Shown here: one piece after another, positions 9,439 through 18,582 of the stretch | Position numbering within the stretch: position 1 is the stretch's first letter | Layout: each line of letters opens with the position of its first letter | The notes under the pieces: model-generated | The model's input: only the letters and a program-made list of their open reading frames with translations | Database searches by the model: none | What the model was told of the DNA's origin: nothing | Position numbers and translations under genes: made by a program | Assembly: GCA_037439645.1 (NCBI GenBank) | Contig: JBBIVQ010000007.1 | Span: forward strand, 9,029-73,028 | Length of the DNA: 64,000 bases | Reading direction: 5' to 3' | Source of the DNA: Deltaproteobacteria bacterium | GTDB taxonomy: Bacteria; Desulfobacterota; Deferrimicrobia; Deferrimicrobiales; Deferrimicrobiaceae

Positions 9439-10002
9439 TCACCGGGCCGTGAGGATGAGCGCGGTCTCGATCGTCGCGGCGATGACGAGAAGGGGGAAGA
9501 CGACGGCGAAGTACCTTCGGAACGCATGCTCGATGTGGAACCGGAGCATGGTTTCCTCCTTGCCGCGCATCCGTCGGAGGACCGTCACGCCGAGCCAAAG
9601 CCCGTACGAGGCCACGACGAGAAGCGCCGGGATCTCGAAAATCCCATGGGGCAACACCTTGAGGATCGCCTTCCCGTAACTTCCCGCTTCGGCGGCGTGG
9701 GTGTACAGCACTCCGAGAAAAAATCCGTTGGACGCGATGGAGAGGACGGGGAGGATCCCGACGAGAACTCCGGAGACGAGGATCAGGATCGAGCCCATCA
9801 CGTTGTGGACGAGGAGGAAGAAGAAGAGTCCGCCCCCGGAAAGACCGGCGTAGTTGTCGACGACCATTTCGTAAGCTTCCGTCGCCTGCTGCCGCACCGG
9901 TGCGGGTGCGGCGGTGCCGGCGAGAAAGGCGGCCGAGAAGAGCAGCGAGAGGAGAAGGATATACGGAGCGAGCCGCCTCTCGGGTGCGGGTAGAGGGATC
10001 AT
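9439..10002 (-). CDS. DUF95/SpoIIM-like integral membrane protein
   Basis: ATG at 10002 with a GGAGG RBS. Several predicted TM segments (YILLLSLLFSAAFLAG, FFFLLVHNVMGSILILVSGVLVGILPVL, FAVVFPLLVIAATIETALIL). Resembles stage II sporulation protein M/DUF95 membrane proteins. Confidence 0.55.
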   Translation of the reverse strand: MIPLPAPERRLAPYILLLSLLFSAAFLAGTAAPAPVRQQATEAYEMVVDNYAGLSGGGLFFFLLVHNVMGSILILVSGVLVGILPVLSIASNGFFLGVLYTHAAEAGSYGKAILKVLPHGIFEIPALLVVASYGLWLGVTVLRRMRGKEETMLRFHIEHAFRRYFAVVFPLLVIAATIETALILTAR

Positions 10003-10054
10003 TCGGCCTCCGAAGTCGTGTGGCCTGCGGAAACGTCCCGAACGGCGGCGAGCC

Positions 10055-11743
10055 TCATGGCTCGATGGGGGACCGGGAAAGAAACCCGTGATCCGTTTTC
10101 ATCGTCCCCAGGCTCTTGTCGTACCGCGTTTCCGCCATCAGTCTCCCCGACAGGAGGCCCGCCTGGAAGTCGAGGACGATCTCGTTCATGGAGATTTCAT
10201 AGTCCACGTCGAACAGTTTCCTGAAAAAGTACGTGTTCTTCCCCACGGAACTTCCGCAGCCGAAAATGCGGATCGGCCGATGTTCCGCGTCGGGGGCGGG
10301 CACTTTCCCCGCGATCGGGATATGTTTGTGGCCGTGAAGGATCGCCTTCACTCCGTGTGCGCCGCAGAATCGAAGGAATTCCCGCGCATCCGCCAACCCG
10401 TCCATATGCTCATAGGCGTAGCCGATGAACTTTCGCAAGGATGCCCCCAGCGTCTTTTTATGGAACCGGTGCATCTCCGGGTCGAGCCGGTGCAGTTGCA
10501 CGGGATGATGATGCAGCAGGGAGATCAGGGTCGTACGGGTCGTCCCCCCCGGGAGAAGGTTCAGCCGTTCCTCGATGGCACTGTATTGCTCCCCCGTGAT
10601 TTTTCCGCGCGCCATCCTTCCGCCGGCGGCGGAATTCCAGCAGAGAATCCCGACAGGATGCCCCGTGATCCACTCGATCCGGGGATGAACGGGGGGGAGA
10701 AGGGACGAGGATGCCGCGTGACTGCGCAATACTCCCTTCCCCCGGACGTCGTGATTTCCGGGGACCCAGATCGGATCCTGGCCTCCAGGCTGCAGTTCCT
10801 TCAAAAAATGATGGAAGTCGTTCGCGCAGATCACGTTGTTCTCGTCCGGCGTCTGCAGGATATCCCCGCTCAACAGAAATACGACGGAGGAATCGCCCCG
10901 GTTTCGTTCGAAATAATTTCTCAGGAGACCTTTCACCCTGACGATCCTCTCGATCGATTTCCTGCTTCCGATGTGGGTATCGCTCAAATGCAGCAAGGTC
11001 AGCCGGGTACCCCCATGGATCCGGCAGGAAGGGAATGCCTCCAGGTAATGACGCGTCAAGAGACCGCCCGGAGTATTCGCAAGATGGTTCACCCTTGAAA
11101 AAACCCATCGGATGGCATCTTCCGTCCTTTCCGCGGGGAGCGGAAAAAAGAGCGGTTCGTCGCTTTTTCGCCAGAGCAAGATTGCCGGCCAGCGGGTGGA
11201 TTTCGACAAGGCGGACTGGAAGGGAGGATATATATCCGTTATGGTGACGTCATTTTGAGTGGCTTTCTTCAAGTGAAGTATGAGATGCGGATCGGCATCG
11301 ACGGCACGCGACACTTTCGACAGGAATGCTTTCGATGTCAACAATTCGTCGACAGGGTGGAACTCCCGGAACCCGGACGGGATGAGGACCGCGGTCCACT
11401 CCCTTTTCGAAAATAGATCGCGCAGATCCATGACGATATCGTCGTACCGTTGGTGCGGACGTTCACGGACCGTGGTTCTCATGCGAGCCGCCGTTTCGGC
11501 GACCTTCGCCTGCGATTTCCCGTGAAAATACAACCCGTCGACGAGGTTCCCGAGGAACGCGATCAAGGTGTCCCTTACGAGCCCCGGATCGGCGATGCCG
11601 GGGATCCGGTTGCGCCTGTCCAGGACGTAGGATATCCAGTTGGCCGACTGCAGATTGAATCGTTCCGGCAAGCGCCTCTCCAGGTGGCGGTCTCCGTCCT
11701 CGGTCGGTGCATTCGGGTCATTCTGATCATACGATTTCTCCAC
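10055..11743 (-). CDS. metallophosphoesterase (calcineurin-like) with ~240-aa N-terminal domain of unknown function
   Basis: C-terminal half has phosphoesterase motifs LLHLSDTHIG, LSGDILQ, VPGNHD, GHKH. The N-terminal ~240 aa has no recognised family. The 5' part of the gene is visibly more AT-rich than its neighbours. Confidence 0.75.
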   Translation of the reverse strand: MEKSYDQNDPNAPTEDGDRHLERRLPERFNLQSANWISYVLDRRNRIPGIADPGLVRDTLIAFLGNLVDGLYFHGKSQAKVAETAARMRTTVRERPHQRYDDIVMDLRDLFSKREWTAVLIPSGFREFHPVDELLTSKAFLSKVSRAVDADPHLILHLKKATQNDVTITDIYPPFQSALSKSTRWPAILLWRKSDEPLFFPLPAERTEDAIRWVFSRVNHLANTPGGLLTRHYLEAFPSCRIHGGTRLTLLHLSDTHIGSRKSIERIVRVKGLLRNYFERNRGDSSVVFLLSGDILQTPDENNVICANDFHHFLKELQPGGQDPIWVPGNHDVRGKGVLRSHAASSSLLPPVHPRIEWITGHPVGILCWNSAAGGRMARGKITGEQYSAIEERLNLLPGGTTRTTLISLLHHHPVQLHRLDPEMHRFHKKTLGASLRKFIGYAYEHMDGLADAREFLRFCGAHGVKAILHGHKHIPIAGKVPAPDAEHRPIRIFGCGSSVGKNTYFFRKLFDVDYEISMNEIVLDFQAGLLSGRLMAETRYDKSLGTMKTDHGFLSRSPIEP

Positions 11744-11858
11744 CGTGAGAGGAACAGCTCCCGCCGCCGTGCGTGGAATCCCTCTCCCGGGATGAATGCC
11801 GCGCTGTTCACCGTTCCGGAAAATCGTGCATAATTATCCGTAAAGGGGGGGGCGATCC

Positions 11859-12464
11859 ATGCGAAAACGATCGGCGGTTCTCGCACTCTGTCTCGTGGTG
11901 GGGTTTTCCGGCTGCGGCTACAATGCGTTCCAACGGAACGACGAGTTGATCAAATCGAGTTGGTCCGAGGTACTGAACCAGTACCAGAGACGGGCGGACC
12001 TGATCCCGAACCTCGTGAACACGGTGAAGGGGTTCGCCGCGCAGGAAAAGGACGTGCTGTTGGGCGTCACGAACGCGCGCTCGAAGGTCGGAAGCATCCA
12101 GGCGACCCCGGAGCTGATCAACAGCCCCGAGGCGTTCGCGAAATTCCAGGCGGCCCAGGGGGAGTTGTCCGGGGCGCTCTCGAGGTTGCTGGTGGTGTCG
12201 GAAAATTACCCGCAGCTCAAATCCGACGCCAACTTCCGCGACCTCCAGGCGCAGCTCGAAGGCACCGAGAACCGGATCGCGGTCGCGCGCAACCGGTATA
12301 TCAAGGCGGTGCAGGAGTACAACGTGACGGTGCGCTCCTTCCCCTCCAACCTGACCGCAATGGCGTTCGGGTATAAAACCAAAGCCAACTTCACGGTGGA
12401 GAACGAGAAGGAGGTCTCCAAACCTCCAAAAGTCGATTTCGCGCCTGCGCCGGCCAAGCAGTAG
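11859..12464 (+). CDS. lemA: LemA family protein
   Basis: MRKRSAVLALCLVVGFSGCGYNAFQRNDELIKSSWSEVLNQYQRRADLIPNLVNTVKGFAAQEKDVL...NRYIKAVQEYNVTVRSFPSNLTAMAFGY is the canonical LemA sequence. RBS AAGGGGGGG. Confidence 0.85.
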   Translation: MRKRSAVLALCLVVGFSGCGYNAFQRNDELIKSSWSEVLNQYQRRADLIPNLVNTVKGFAAQEKDVLLGVTNARSKVGSIQATPELINSPEAFAKFQAAQGELSGALSRLLVVSENYPQLKSDANFRDLQAQLEGTENRIAVARNRYIKAVQEYNVTVRSFPSNLTAMAFGYKTKANFTVENEKEVSKPPKVDFAPAPAKQ

Positions 12465-12468
12465 AAAA

Positions 12469-13365
12469 TTGGCGGACCGGACCGGACAGGGGGCGGTGTG
12501 GAGGGCGGCAAGAGCGGCCACGGCGGTCATGGCGATCTTCTGGGCCGTCGCCGCTTGGGCCGAGGTCCCGGTCCCTCCTCCTGAAGGACGCGTCAACGAT
12601 CGGACTTCCACGCTATCCGCGGAGCAGATCGGTTCGCTGGAACAGACCTTGCGGTCGTTCGAAGCGAGGAAGGGGAGCCAGGTCGCGGTGTTGATCGTTC
12701 CCACCACCGCGCCCGAAACGATCGAACAGTACGCGTTGCGCGTGGCGGAGCGGTGGAAACCGGGGAGGAAAAACGTGGACGACGGGGCGCTTCTCGTCGT
12801 CGCGAAAGACGACAGGAAGATCCGGATCGAGGTGGGGTACGGACTGGAAGGCGCGCTCACCGACGCCGCCTGCAAGCGCATCATCGCCGAGGCCATCGTG
12901 CCGAGGTTCCGGCAGGGGGATCTGTACGGGGGGATCACGGCCGGCGTCGACCGGATGCTCCGCGTGATCGACGGAGAGGTGTTGCCGGTGCCCGATGGAC
13001 ATCGCCCCCGGGCGGGCCGCGGGTTCGGATTCCTTCTTCCCGCCATGTTGATCCTTGCGCTCGTGGTGGGGGGGGTGTTGCACGCCGTGCTCGGCAGATT
13101 CCCCGGCGCTCTCGTTACCGGCGGGGCCGTCTCCATCGTCTCCTGGATGCTGATCGGCGCGGTCTCCGCCGCCTTGATCGCGGGGGTGATCGCGTTCCTG
13201 TTCACCCTTTTGGGCGGCGGCATGGGGGGGCGCGGAATCGGTGGAGGGATGATCGGCGGGGGGTTCGGCGGCCGCGGGTTCGGCGGCGCGGGGGGATTCG
13301 GGGGCGGCGGTTTCAGCGGCGGCGGCGGGGGATTCGGCGGCGGAGGCGCGTCGGGGGAGTGGTGA
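12469..13365 (+). CDS. TPM-domain (YgcG-like) membrane protein with Gly-rich C-terminus
   Basis: Signal-like N-terminus (AVMAIFWAVAAWAEV), then a TPM phosphatase-type domain (RVNDRTSTLSAEQIGSLEQTL...QVAVLIVPTT...LLVVAKDDRKIRIEVGYGLEG), TM segments and a GGFGGGG tail. Sits in the usual lemA neighbourhood. The exact start is uncertain (TTG at 12469, GTG or ATG slightly downstream). Confidence 0.65.
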   Translation: MADRTGQGAVWRAARAATAVMAIFWAVAAWAEVPVPPPEGRVNDRTSTLSAEQIGSLEQTLRSFEARKGSQVAVLIVPTTAPETIEQYALRVAERWKPGRKNVDDGALLVVAKDDRKIRIEVGYGLEGALTDAACKRIIAEAIVPRFRQGDLYGGITAGVDRMLRVIDGEVLPVPDGHRPRAGRGFGFLLPAMLILALVVGGVLHAVLGRFPGALVTGGAVSIVSWMLIGAVSAALIAGVIAFLFTLLGGGMGGRGIGGGMIGGGFGGRGFGGAGGFGGGGFSGGGGGFGGGGASGEW

Positions 13366-13367
13366 CG

Positions 13368-13865
13368 ATGGACGTGAAACGGATCTCGAGGCACCTCCTT
13401 GCGACTCGATGGAAAGTCGCCCGCGCGTTTCCCGCCGGCGCCCTGGCGGCGATCGAACGGGCGATCGTGGCGAGCGAAGCGACCCACCACGGCGAAATCC
13501 GGTTCGCTGTGGAGGCCGCCCTGGACACGCATGCGCTGCTGCGTGGACAAACCGCGAGGGAACGCGCGATCGACGTTTTTTCGAGGTTGCGGATCTGGGA
13601 CACGGAATGCAACAACGGCGTGTTGATCTACCTCCTTCTCGCGGACCGGAATGTGGAGATCGTGGCCGATCGCGGGATCGACGCCCTGGTGGGTCCACGA
13701 GAATGGGAGCGGATCTGTCGGCGGATGGAAGACGCCTTTCGGCGGGGGGAGTTCGAGGAGGGCGTGGCCGGCGGGATTCATGAGATAACGGCGCATCTGG
13801 CGATGCACTTTCCTCCGGTCGCCGACGACCGGAACGAATTGCCGGATGAACCGGTGGTGCTGTAG
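13368..13865 (+). CDS. TPM-domain protein (second member of the lemA-TPM-TPM trio)
   Basis: ATG at 13368 overlaps the previous stop, with a GGGGGAG RBS. Product MDVKRISRHLLATRWKVARAFP...HHGEIRFAVEAAL...NGVLIYLLLADRNVEIVADRGI is TPM/DUF477-like. Confidence 0.65.
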   Translation: MDVKRISRHLLATRWKVARAFPAGALAAIERAIVASEATHHGEIRFAVEAALDTHALLRGQTARERAIDVFSRLRIWDTECNNGVLIYLLLADRNVEIVADRGIDALVGPREWERICRRMEDAFRRGEFEEGVAGGIHEITAHLAMHFPPVADDRNELPDEPVVL

Positions 13866-13932
13866 CGCGCCTCCGGGCATCGCCGGTGTCGCACGGGGAC
13901 CGCTCGATAATGGAAGGAGGTGGGAGCCGTCC

Positions 13933-15237
13933 ATGGGGAGTACGGGACCGATCCTGATCGTCGACGACGAAGTGAGCATCCGGAAATCGCTCGAGGGCGT
14001 ATTGGGCGACGAGGGATATTCCTGCGCTCTCGCGGACAACGGCGCCGCCGCGCTCGCCCTGCTTCCATCGCTGCATCCGTCCCTCGTGCTTCTCGACATC
14101 TGGATGCCGGGGATGGACGGGATCGAAACGCTCCGAAGGATGAAGGCCGCGCAACCCGGCGTTCCCGTGATCATGATGAGCGGCCACGCGACGATTTCCA
14201 CGGCCATCAAGGCGACCAGGTATGGCGCCTCCGATTTCATCGAAAAGCCTCTCGAAATCGACGTGGTGCTGAATGCCATCCGCCGGGCCATGGAGGCGCG
14301 GGAAGACGTGAAAAGGCCGGGCGACGGCGAACCCGCCGATCCGTCCGAATTCGGGCCGGCGAAAGGGACGCCGGAGCTGCGGCCGCTGGTCTTCCCGAAA
14401 CAGGAGATGCGTGGAGACCCCATGCCGCAACGGACGCTCTCCCGGAGCGCGGTTCTGTACGGCCAGGGCCTTCATTCAGGGAAAAAGAGCGGCCTGATCC
14501 TCGAACCGCTGGGTCCCGATTCGGGGATCCACTTCGTCGGCGTTTCCGACAACCGGGCGGTTCCGGCGCACCTCGATTTCGTCGAGTCGACCGGCTGGGC
14601 GACGACCCTCCGCCTCGGCACCACCCACGTCGCCACCATCGAACACGTCCTGTCCGCGCTCAACGCCTACGGGGTGAGCAACCTGCTCATCAAGTGCAAC
14701 GGCGAGGTTCCCGTTCTGGACGGATCCGCCGTCGAATTCTGCTCCCTCTTCGAGGAAGTGGGGTTCGAGAACCAGCGCGGGGAGTGGTACCGGATCGCGG
14801 TGAAGGAACCGGTACGGATCGACAGCGGAAAGGCGTCGATCCGGATCGAGCCGTGCGAGGCGTTCGAGATCGAGTACACCCTCGAATATCCGCCCCCGGT
14901 CGGGAAGCAGCACTTCGTCTTCCGGCTCGACGATCCCGCGACCTACCGGAAGGAGATCGCCCCCGCGAGAACCTTCGGGTTCGCCCGGGACATCGGGATG
15001 CTGCAACGCCAGGGGTTGGCCCTCGGCGGGCGGTTCGACAACTTCGTCCTCTTCGGGGACGAGGGGCCGATCAACGACGCCCTTCGGTTTCCCGACGAGC
15101 CGGTGCGCCACAAGATCATGGACATGATCGGGGATCTCTACCTGCTCGGACGCCGGTTGCAGGGGAGAGTGGTCGCCCACATGACGGGGCACACGCAAAA
15201 CATCGCCTTGCTGGAAAAGATAAGGAAATCGTTGTAA
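13933..15237 (+). CDS. lpxC: fusion protein: N-terminal response-regulator receiver domain + UDP-3-O-acyl-N-acetylglucosamine deacetylase (LpxC)
   Basis: ATG at 13933 (GGAAGGAGG RBS). Residues 1-120 form a REC domain: ILIVDDEVSIRKSLE, LVLLDIWMPGMDG, MMSGHATISTAIKATRYGASDFIEKP. The remainder is LpxC: RTLSRSAVLYGQGLHSGKKSGLILEP, HVATIEHVLSALNAYGVSNLLIKCNGEVPVLDGSA, FGFARDIGMLQRQGLALGG, HKIMDMIGDLYLLG, AHMTGHTQN. Confidence 0.8.
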   Translation: MGSTGPILIVDDEVSIRKSLEGVLGDEGYSCALADNGAAALALLPSLHPSLVLLDIWMPGMDGIETLRRMKAAQPGVPVIMMSGHATISTAIKATRYGASDFIEKPLEIDVVLNAIRRAMEAREDVKRPGDGEPADPSEFGPAKGTPELRPLVFPKQEMRGDPMPQRTLSRSAVLYGQGLHSGKKSGLILEPLGPDSGIHFVGVSDNRAVPAHLDFVESTGWATTLRLGTTHVATIEHVLSALNAYGVSNLLIKCNGEVPVLDGSAVEFCSLFEEVGFENQRGEWYRIAVKEPVRIDSGKASIRIEPCEAFEIEYTLEYPPPVGKQHFVFRLDDPATYRKEIAPARTFGFARDIGMLQRQGLALGGRFDNFVLFGDEGPINDALRFPDEPVRHKIMDMIGDLYLLGRRLQGRVVAHMTGHTQNIALLEKIRKSL

Positions 15238-15239
15238 AT

Positions 15240-15256
15240 CCCGCCGGGCGGGGAAA
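15240..15256. terminator. short GC hairpin in convergent lpxC/mpg intergenic region (possible bidirectional terminator)
   Basis: CCCGC-CGG-GCGGG stem-loop sits 3 nt after the lpxC stop. On the opposite strand it is followed by ATTTAC. No strong U-tract. Confidence 0.3.
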
Positions 15257-15259
15257 GGG

Positions 15260-15279
15260 CCCGCGAGCCCGGAGTCCTT
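15260..15279 (+). repeat. copy 2 of the 20-nt intergenic repeat
   Basis: See copy 1. Located just after the lpxC-fusion terminator hairpin. Confidence 0.6.
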
Positions 15280-15317
15280 CTTCGCGTCGATTGCCGCCGA
15301 ATCGATGAAACGCGGTA

Positions 15318-15890
15318 TCAAGGGCGCGAGACGAAGGGGTTTCCGTGCACGTAGAACCGCAGGAGCCTTCGCGCCCACCGCCCGGCGTAGCCGACGCCGA
15401 CGCGGGGACGCCTGACGATCCTCGGCGATTCCGCACCGGGCGGATCCGCGATGAAGAAATCGCCGCTCGTCAAGTCGCGTCCGTTGAGACGGCGGTCGAT
15501 CCGCATCGCCTTGCAGAGACGCCCGGGGCCCCGCGTGGACCCTTCGATGTTTCTCACCGGCTCCACGGCCCGGATCAGTACGGCGGAGGCGTGACCGTCC
15601 CGCTCGGTCACGGCGTTCATGCAGAAGTGCATCCCGTACACCATATAGACATAGGCGTGTCCGGGCGGGCCGAACATGACCCGGGTCCGCGCGGTGAGCC
15701 CCCGTGAAGAGTGGGAGGCGAGGTCGTGGGGGCCGAGGTACGCCTCCACTTCCACGATCCGTCCGATCCGCTCGACGCCGCCCGACACGTGGACGAGGTG
15801 TTTCCCGAGGAGATCCATCGCGACATCGACGGTGTCCCGATCGTAAAACGTCCTCGGCAGTGGATCCGGCAGGAGGGGAACCGCCGACAC
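15318..15890 (-). CDS. DNA-3-methyladenine glycosylase (Mpg/AAG family)
   Basis: FYDRDTVDVAMDLLGKHLVHVSGGVERIGRIVEVEAYLGPHDLASHSSRGLTARTRVMFGPPGHAYVYMVYGMHFCMNAV matches the AAG/Mpg family. Confidence 0.85.
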   Translation of the reverse strand: MSAVPLLPDPLPRTFYDRDTVDVAMDLLGKHLVHVSGGVERIGRIVEVEAYLGPHDLASHSSRGLTARTRVMFGPPGHAYVYMVYGMHFCMNAVTERDGHASAVLIRAVEPVRNIEGSTRGPGRLCKAMRIDRRLNGRDLTSGDFFIADPPGAESPRIVRRPRVGVGYAGRWARRLLRFYVHGNPFVSRP

Positions 15891-15896
15891 GAGGGA

Positions 15897-16679
15897 TTAT
15901 CCCTTTCCGATTCCGCGGACGAACTCCGCCATCGCCGACAAGGTCCGTTCGCGCTGCTCGCGATGCGGAGTGTGCCCGCACCGCGCGAGGATGCGGCGCC
16001 GCACCGTTCCGCCGCACCCCCGTTCGATCGCTTCGACCTGGCGGAGGGTCCCGTACGGATCGTCTTCGCCCTGCAACACGAGCACGGGTACCTTCACGCC
16101 GGGAAGCCGATCCTCGATGTTCCAGGCGAGGAACCCCGGATCGAGCCACGCCCGGTTCCATCCCCAGAAGGCGCAATCGACGTTTGTGCCGTGGTACCGC
16201 TCGAGTTTCGCCCTCAGGTCGGAGCGCAGGTACTCGTCGCGCGCCTTGCCGATGGATCGGACGGTGATCTCTTCGCAAAAGACGTGCGGCGCCTCGAGCA
16301 GCAGGCCGCGGATCCGCGGACGGGAGCGCGGCGTGGAAGCGTGGAGGAGGGCGATCGAGCCGCCGTCGCTGTGCCCGACGAGAAAGGCCTCGCGGACGCC
16401 CGCCGCATCGAGAATGTCCGGAAGGGCGGCGAATCCCTCGTCGTGCATGTAGGAGAGCGGCCGCGGAAGATCGACGGGATCGGAACCGCCGTATCCGGCG
16501 CGGCTGAAGACGAGCGCGCCGCATCCCGTTTCACGGGCGAGCGCCACGGGGAAATCGCGCCACGTAGCGGCGCACCCGATCCCGTCGTGGAGAAAGGCGA
16601 GCGTGGGCGCGATGCCCGGACCGGGCCCGTGCCAGTCAAACTCGATCCGGCGTCCGCCGGCCTGCATCGTCTCCATCAT
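15897..16679 (-). CDS. alpha/beta-fold hydrolase
   Basis: LAFLHDGIG...FLVGHSDGGSIAL (nucleophile elbow GHSDG)...VLVLQGEDDPYG...CGHTPH. Confidence 0.75.
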   Translation of the reverse strand: MMETMQAGGRRIEFDWHGPGPGIAPTLAFLHDGIGCAATWRDFPVALARETGCGALVFSRAGYGGSDPVDLPRPLSYMHDEGFAALPDILDAAGVREAFLVGHSDGGSIALLHASTPRSRPRIRGLLLEAPHVFCEEITVRSIGKARDEYLRSDLRAKLERYHGTNVDCAFWGWNRAWLDPGFLAWNIEDRLPGVKVPVLVLQGEDDPYGTLRQVEAIERGCGGTVRRRILARCGHTPHREQRERTLSAMAEFVRGIGKG

Positions 16680-16774
16680 CCCTCCGGCGGTGGTTCGATC
16701 GGTCGCCGGGTAGAAGTTCTATCACATGGACGGGAGAAGAGGGTGACGGTCGTGATAAATCGGCGTTTCCGGGA

Positions 16775-17236
16775 TTATTGCGATACGTGTTCCCCGGCCT
16801 TCACGGCGAAATGGGTCCCCCGGATGCCGATGGTCGCCGTCGGGGTTTCGAAACGTGCTCTTTCCGGCGCGAGTTTTCCGATCAGGCCGGAGAGGTACGC
16901 CATGGTCCCCTTGGTGAAGCGGACCAGGAGGGAGAATTTCCCCTCGGCGGGAGAAAAGAGGAATTCCCGGACGGTAAAACTGCTCGACGGACCGAGGGAG
17001 AGGGAGGAATTGTCCCGCAGGAGGATTCCAAGCGTTCCGTCGGGACCGGTGACGAGGGTATCTCCCTCGTGAAGCGTTGTTCCCTCCGGTGCAGGCAGGA
17101 CGTTCCCCCCGCGGACGACCGTGGCGTAGCCGGCGGAGTTTCGTACAACGCCGATGGTAGCGTTGGACCCGCCGAATGCGATCATCGGGATCGATACGCT
17201 TGCCAGGAGCATCGCAACGGAGATCAGGCGCTTCAT
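16775..17236 (-). CDS. secreted FecR-domain-like protein (paralog of 26763..27227)
   Basis: ATG at 17236 with a GGGGGGG RBS. Signal peptide MKRLISVAMLLASVSIPMIAFG. Shares the long block KGTMAYLSGLIGKLAPERARFETPTATIGIRGTHFAV with the second copy. FecR-type fold inferred from pattern, not certain. Confidence 0.6.
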   Translation of the reverse strand: MKRLISVAMLLASVSIPMIAFGGSNATIGVVRNSAGYATVVRGGNVLPAPEGTTLHEGDTLVTGPDGTLGILLRDNSSLSLGPSSSFTVREFLFSPAEGKFSLLVRFTKGTMAYLSGLIGKLAPERARFETPTATIGIRGTHFAVKAGEHVSQ

Positions 17237-17541
17237 GGTTTCCCCCCCTTGGCCGATTTCATATGGGAAAATCGTGCCAAACGGAACGAGCCCCGATACC
17301 GTATCCGAAACAAGGGGTTGCCGACGATGGATCAACGGCGGGAGAGACAATTTCCGGCAGCGGCGCCGGTTCGCCGAAGAAATGTGCCGAAAAACGTCAC
17401 ATCGACGAACCCCGGGAGAACCCCCGGCGCGGTCGATCCGTGAGATCGGCCTCGACGGAGATGGCCATTTCGTATACGATATGCGCATTTTCCCCACGGA
17501 CGATGCGGAAGGTTTCGAAACCATCTCCCCTGGAGGCGCGA

Positions 17542-18570
17542 ATGAAATCGAAATCGGTGTTGCCTGCACTCCTGCCGGCCCTGTTCCTCTCCCTGGCCGT
17601 CTTTCCCGGGACGGCACGGTCCGCGGGGACGATCACGCTCCGGTACGCCAATTTCCCGCCCGCCTCCACCTTCCCCTGCGTCCAGATGGAACGTTGGGCG
17701 AAGGAAGTCGAACAGCGGACCCACGGAAAAGTGAAGGTCGAAACCTTCCCGGGGGGGACCCTTCTCGCGGCCAAGAACATCTTCGACGGCGTCGTTTCCG
17801 GGATGGCCGACATCGGGAACTTCGCGATGAGTTACCAGCCGGGACGGTTCCCCGTATCCGAGGCCGTGGACCTTCCGATGGGGTTCACGAGCGCGCGCGC
17901 CGCGAGCCTCACCCTGTTCGACCTGGTCGAGAAATACAAGCCGAAGGAGTTCGCGCAAGTCAAGGTCCTCACCCTCTTTACCTGCCCTCCCACCAACTTC
18001 ATGACGAAGGCGCCGGTCAAATCGCTCGCCGACCTCAAGGGGATGGAGCTGCGGGTCGCCGGCACGAACGCCGAGGTCGTCAAGCGGCTCGGCGGGATCC
18101 CCGTCGCGATGCCGCAGTCCGAGACGCCCGAGGCGATCCAGAAGGGGGTCGTCAAGGGGATGGTCTCCTCGATGGAGATCCTCAAGGACTTCAAGTTCGC
18201 GGCGTACACGCCGTACGCCACGGTGGCGAACCTCCCCGTCGTTTCGTTCGCCGTCGTGATGAACAAGGCGAAGTGGGATTCCCTGCCGGCGGACGTGAAG
18301 GACGTCCTCGAACGGATGCGGCGGGAACAGGCGGAGTGGACCGGGAAGTACGTGGATGACCACGTGACCGAGGCGCTCGCCTGGTCGAAGGCGAACTATC
18401 GGCACCAGGTCTTCCAGCTTCCGGCGGAGGACCACGACAAGGTCGTCTCCCTCCTGAAACCGATGACGGACGAATACGTAAAACGGACCGCGGCCCTCGG
18501 ATTGCCCGCCGGGCGGATCGTCGCCGACACCCTTGCATTGAAGAAAAAACACGAGCAGAAGCACCGGTAG
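17542..18570 (+). CDS. dctP: TRAP transporter substrate-binding protein
   Basis: ATG at 17542 (GGAGG RBS). Signal peptide MKSKSVLPALLPALFLSLAVFPGTARSA. DctP-family body (TLRYANFPPASTFPCVQMERWAKEVEQRTHGKVKVETFPGGTLL...). Confidence 0.85.
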   Translation: MKSKSVLPALLPALFLSLAVFPGTARSAGTITLRYANFPPASTFPCVQMERWAKEVEQRTHGKVKVETFPGGTLLAAKNIFDGVVSGMADIGNFAMSYQPGRFPVSEAVDLPMGFTSARAASLTLFDLVEKYKPKEFAQVKVLTLFTCPPTNFMTKAPVKSLADLKGMELRVAGTNAEVVKRLGGIPVAMPQSETPEAIQKGVVKGMVSSMEILKDFKFAAYTPYATVANLPVVSFAVVMNKAKWDSLPADVKDVLERMRREQAEWTGKYVDDHVTEALAWSKANYRHQVFQLPAEDHDKVVSLLKPMTDEYVKRTAALGLPAGRIVADTLALKKKHEQKHR

Positions 18571-18582
18571 CCGGCGTTCCCG

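Noticed and set aside
7032-9993. Plus-strand ORFs of 806 and 787 aa opposite the ydbH-like gene
   Set aside because: Arg/Pro-rich nonsense translations antisense to a coherent gene. GC artefact.
12469-13365. Gly-rich GGFGGGG tail of the TPM protein as a separate repeat feature
   Set aside because: It is the usual low-complexity C-terminal tail of YgcG/TPM-family proteins and is part of the CDS.
11808-14475. Very long minus-strand ORFs (871 aa and 620 aa) overlapping lemA/TPM/REC-lpxC
   Set aside because: Their translations are Arg/Pro/Gly-rich and low-complexity, with no domains. They are antisense to clearly recognisable genes. This is the typical high-GC open-frame artefact.
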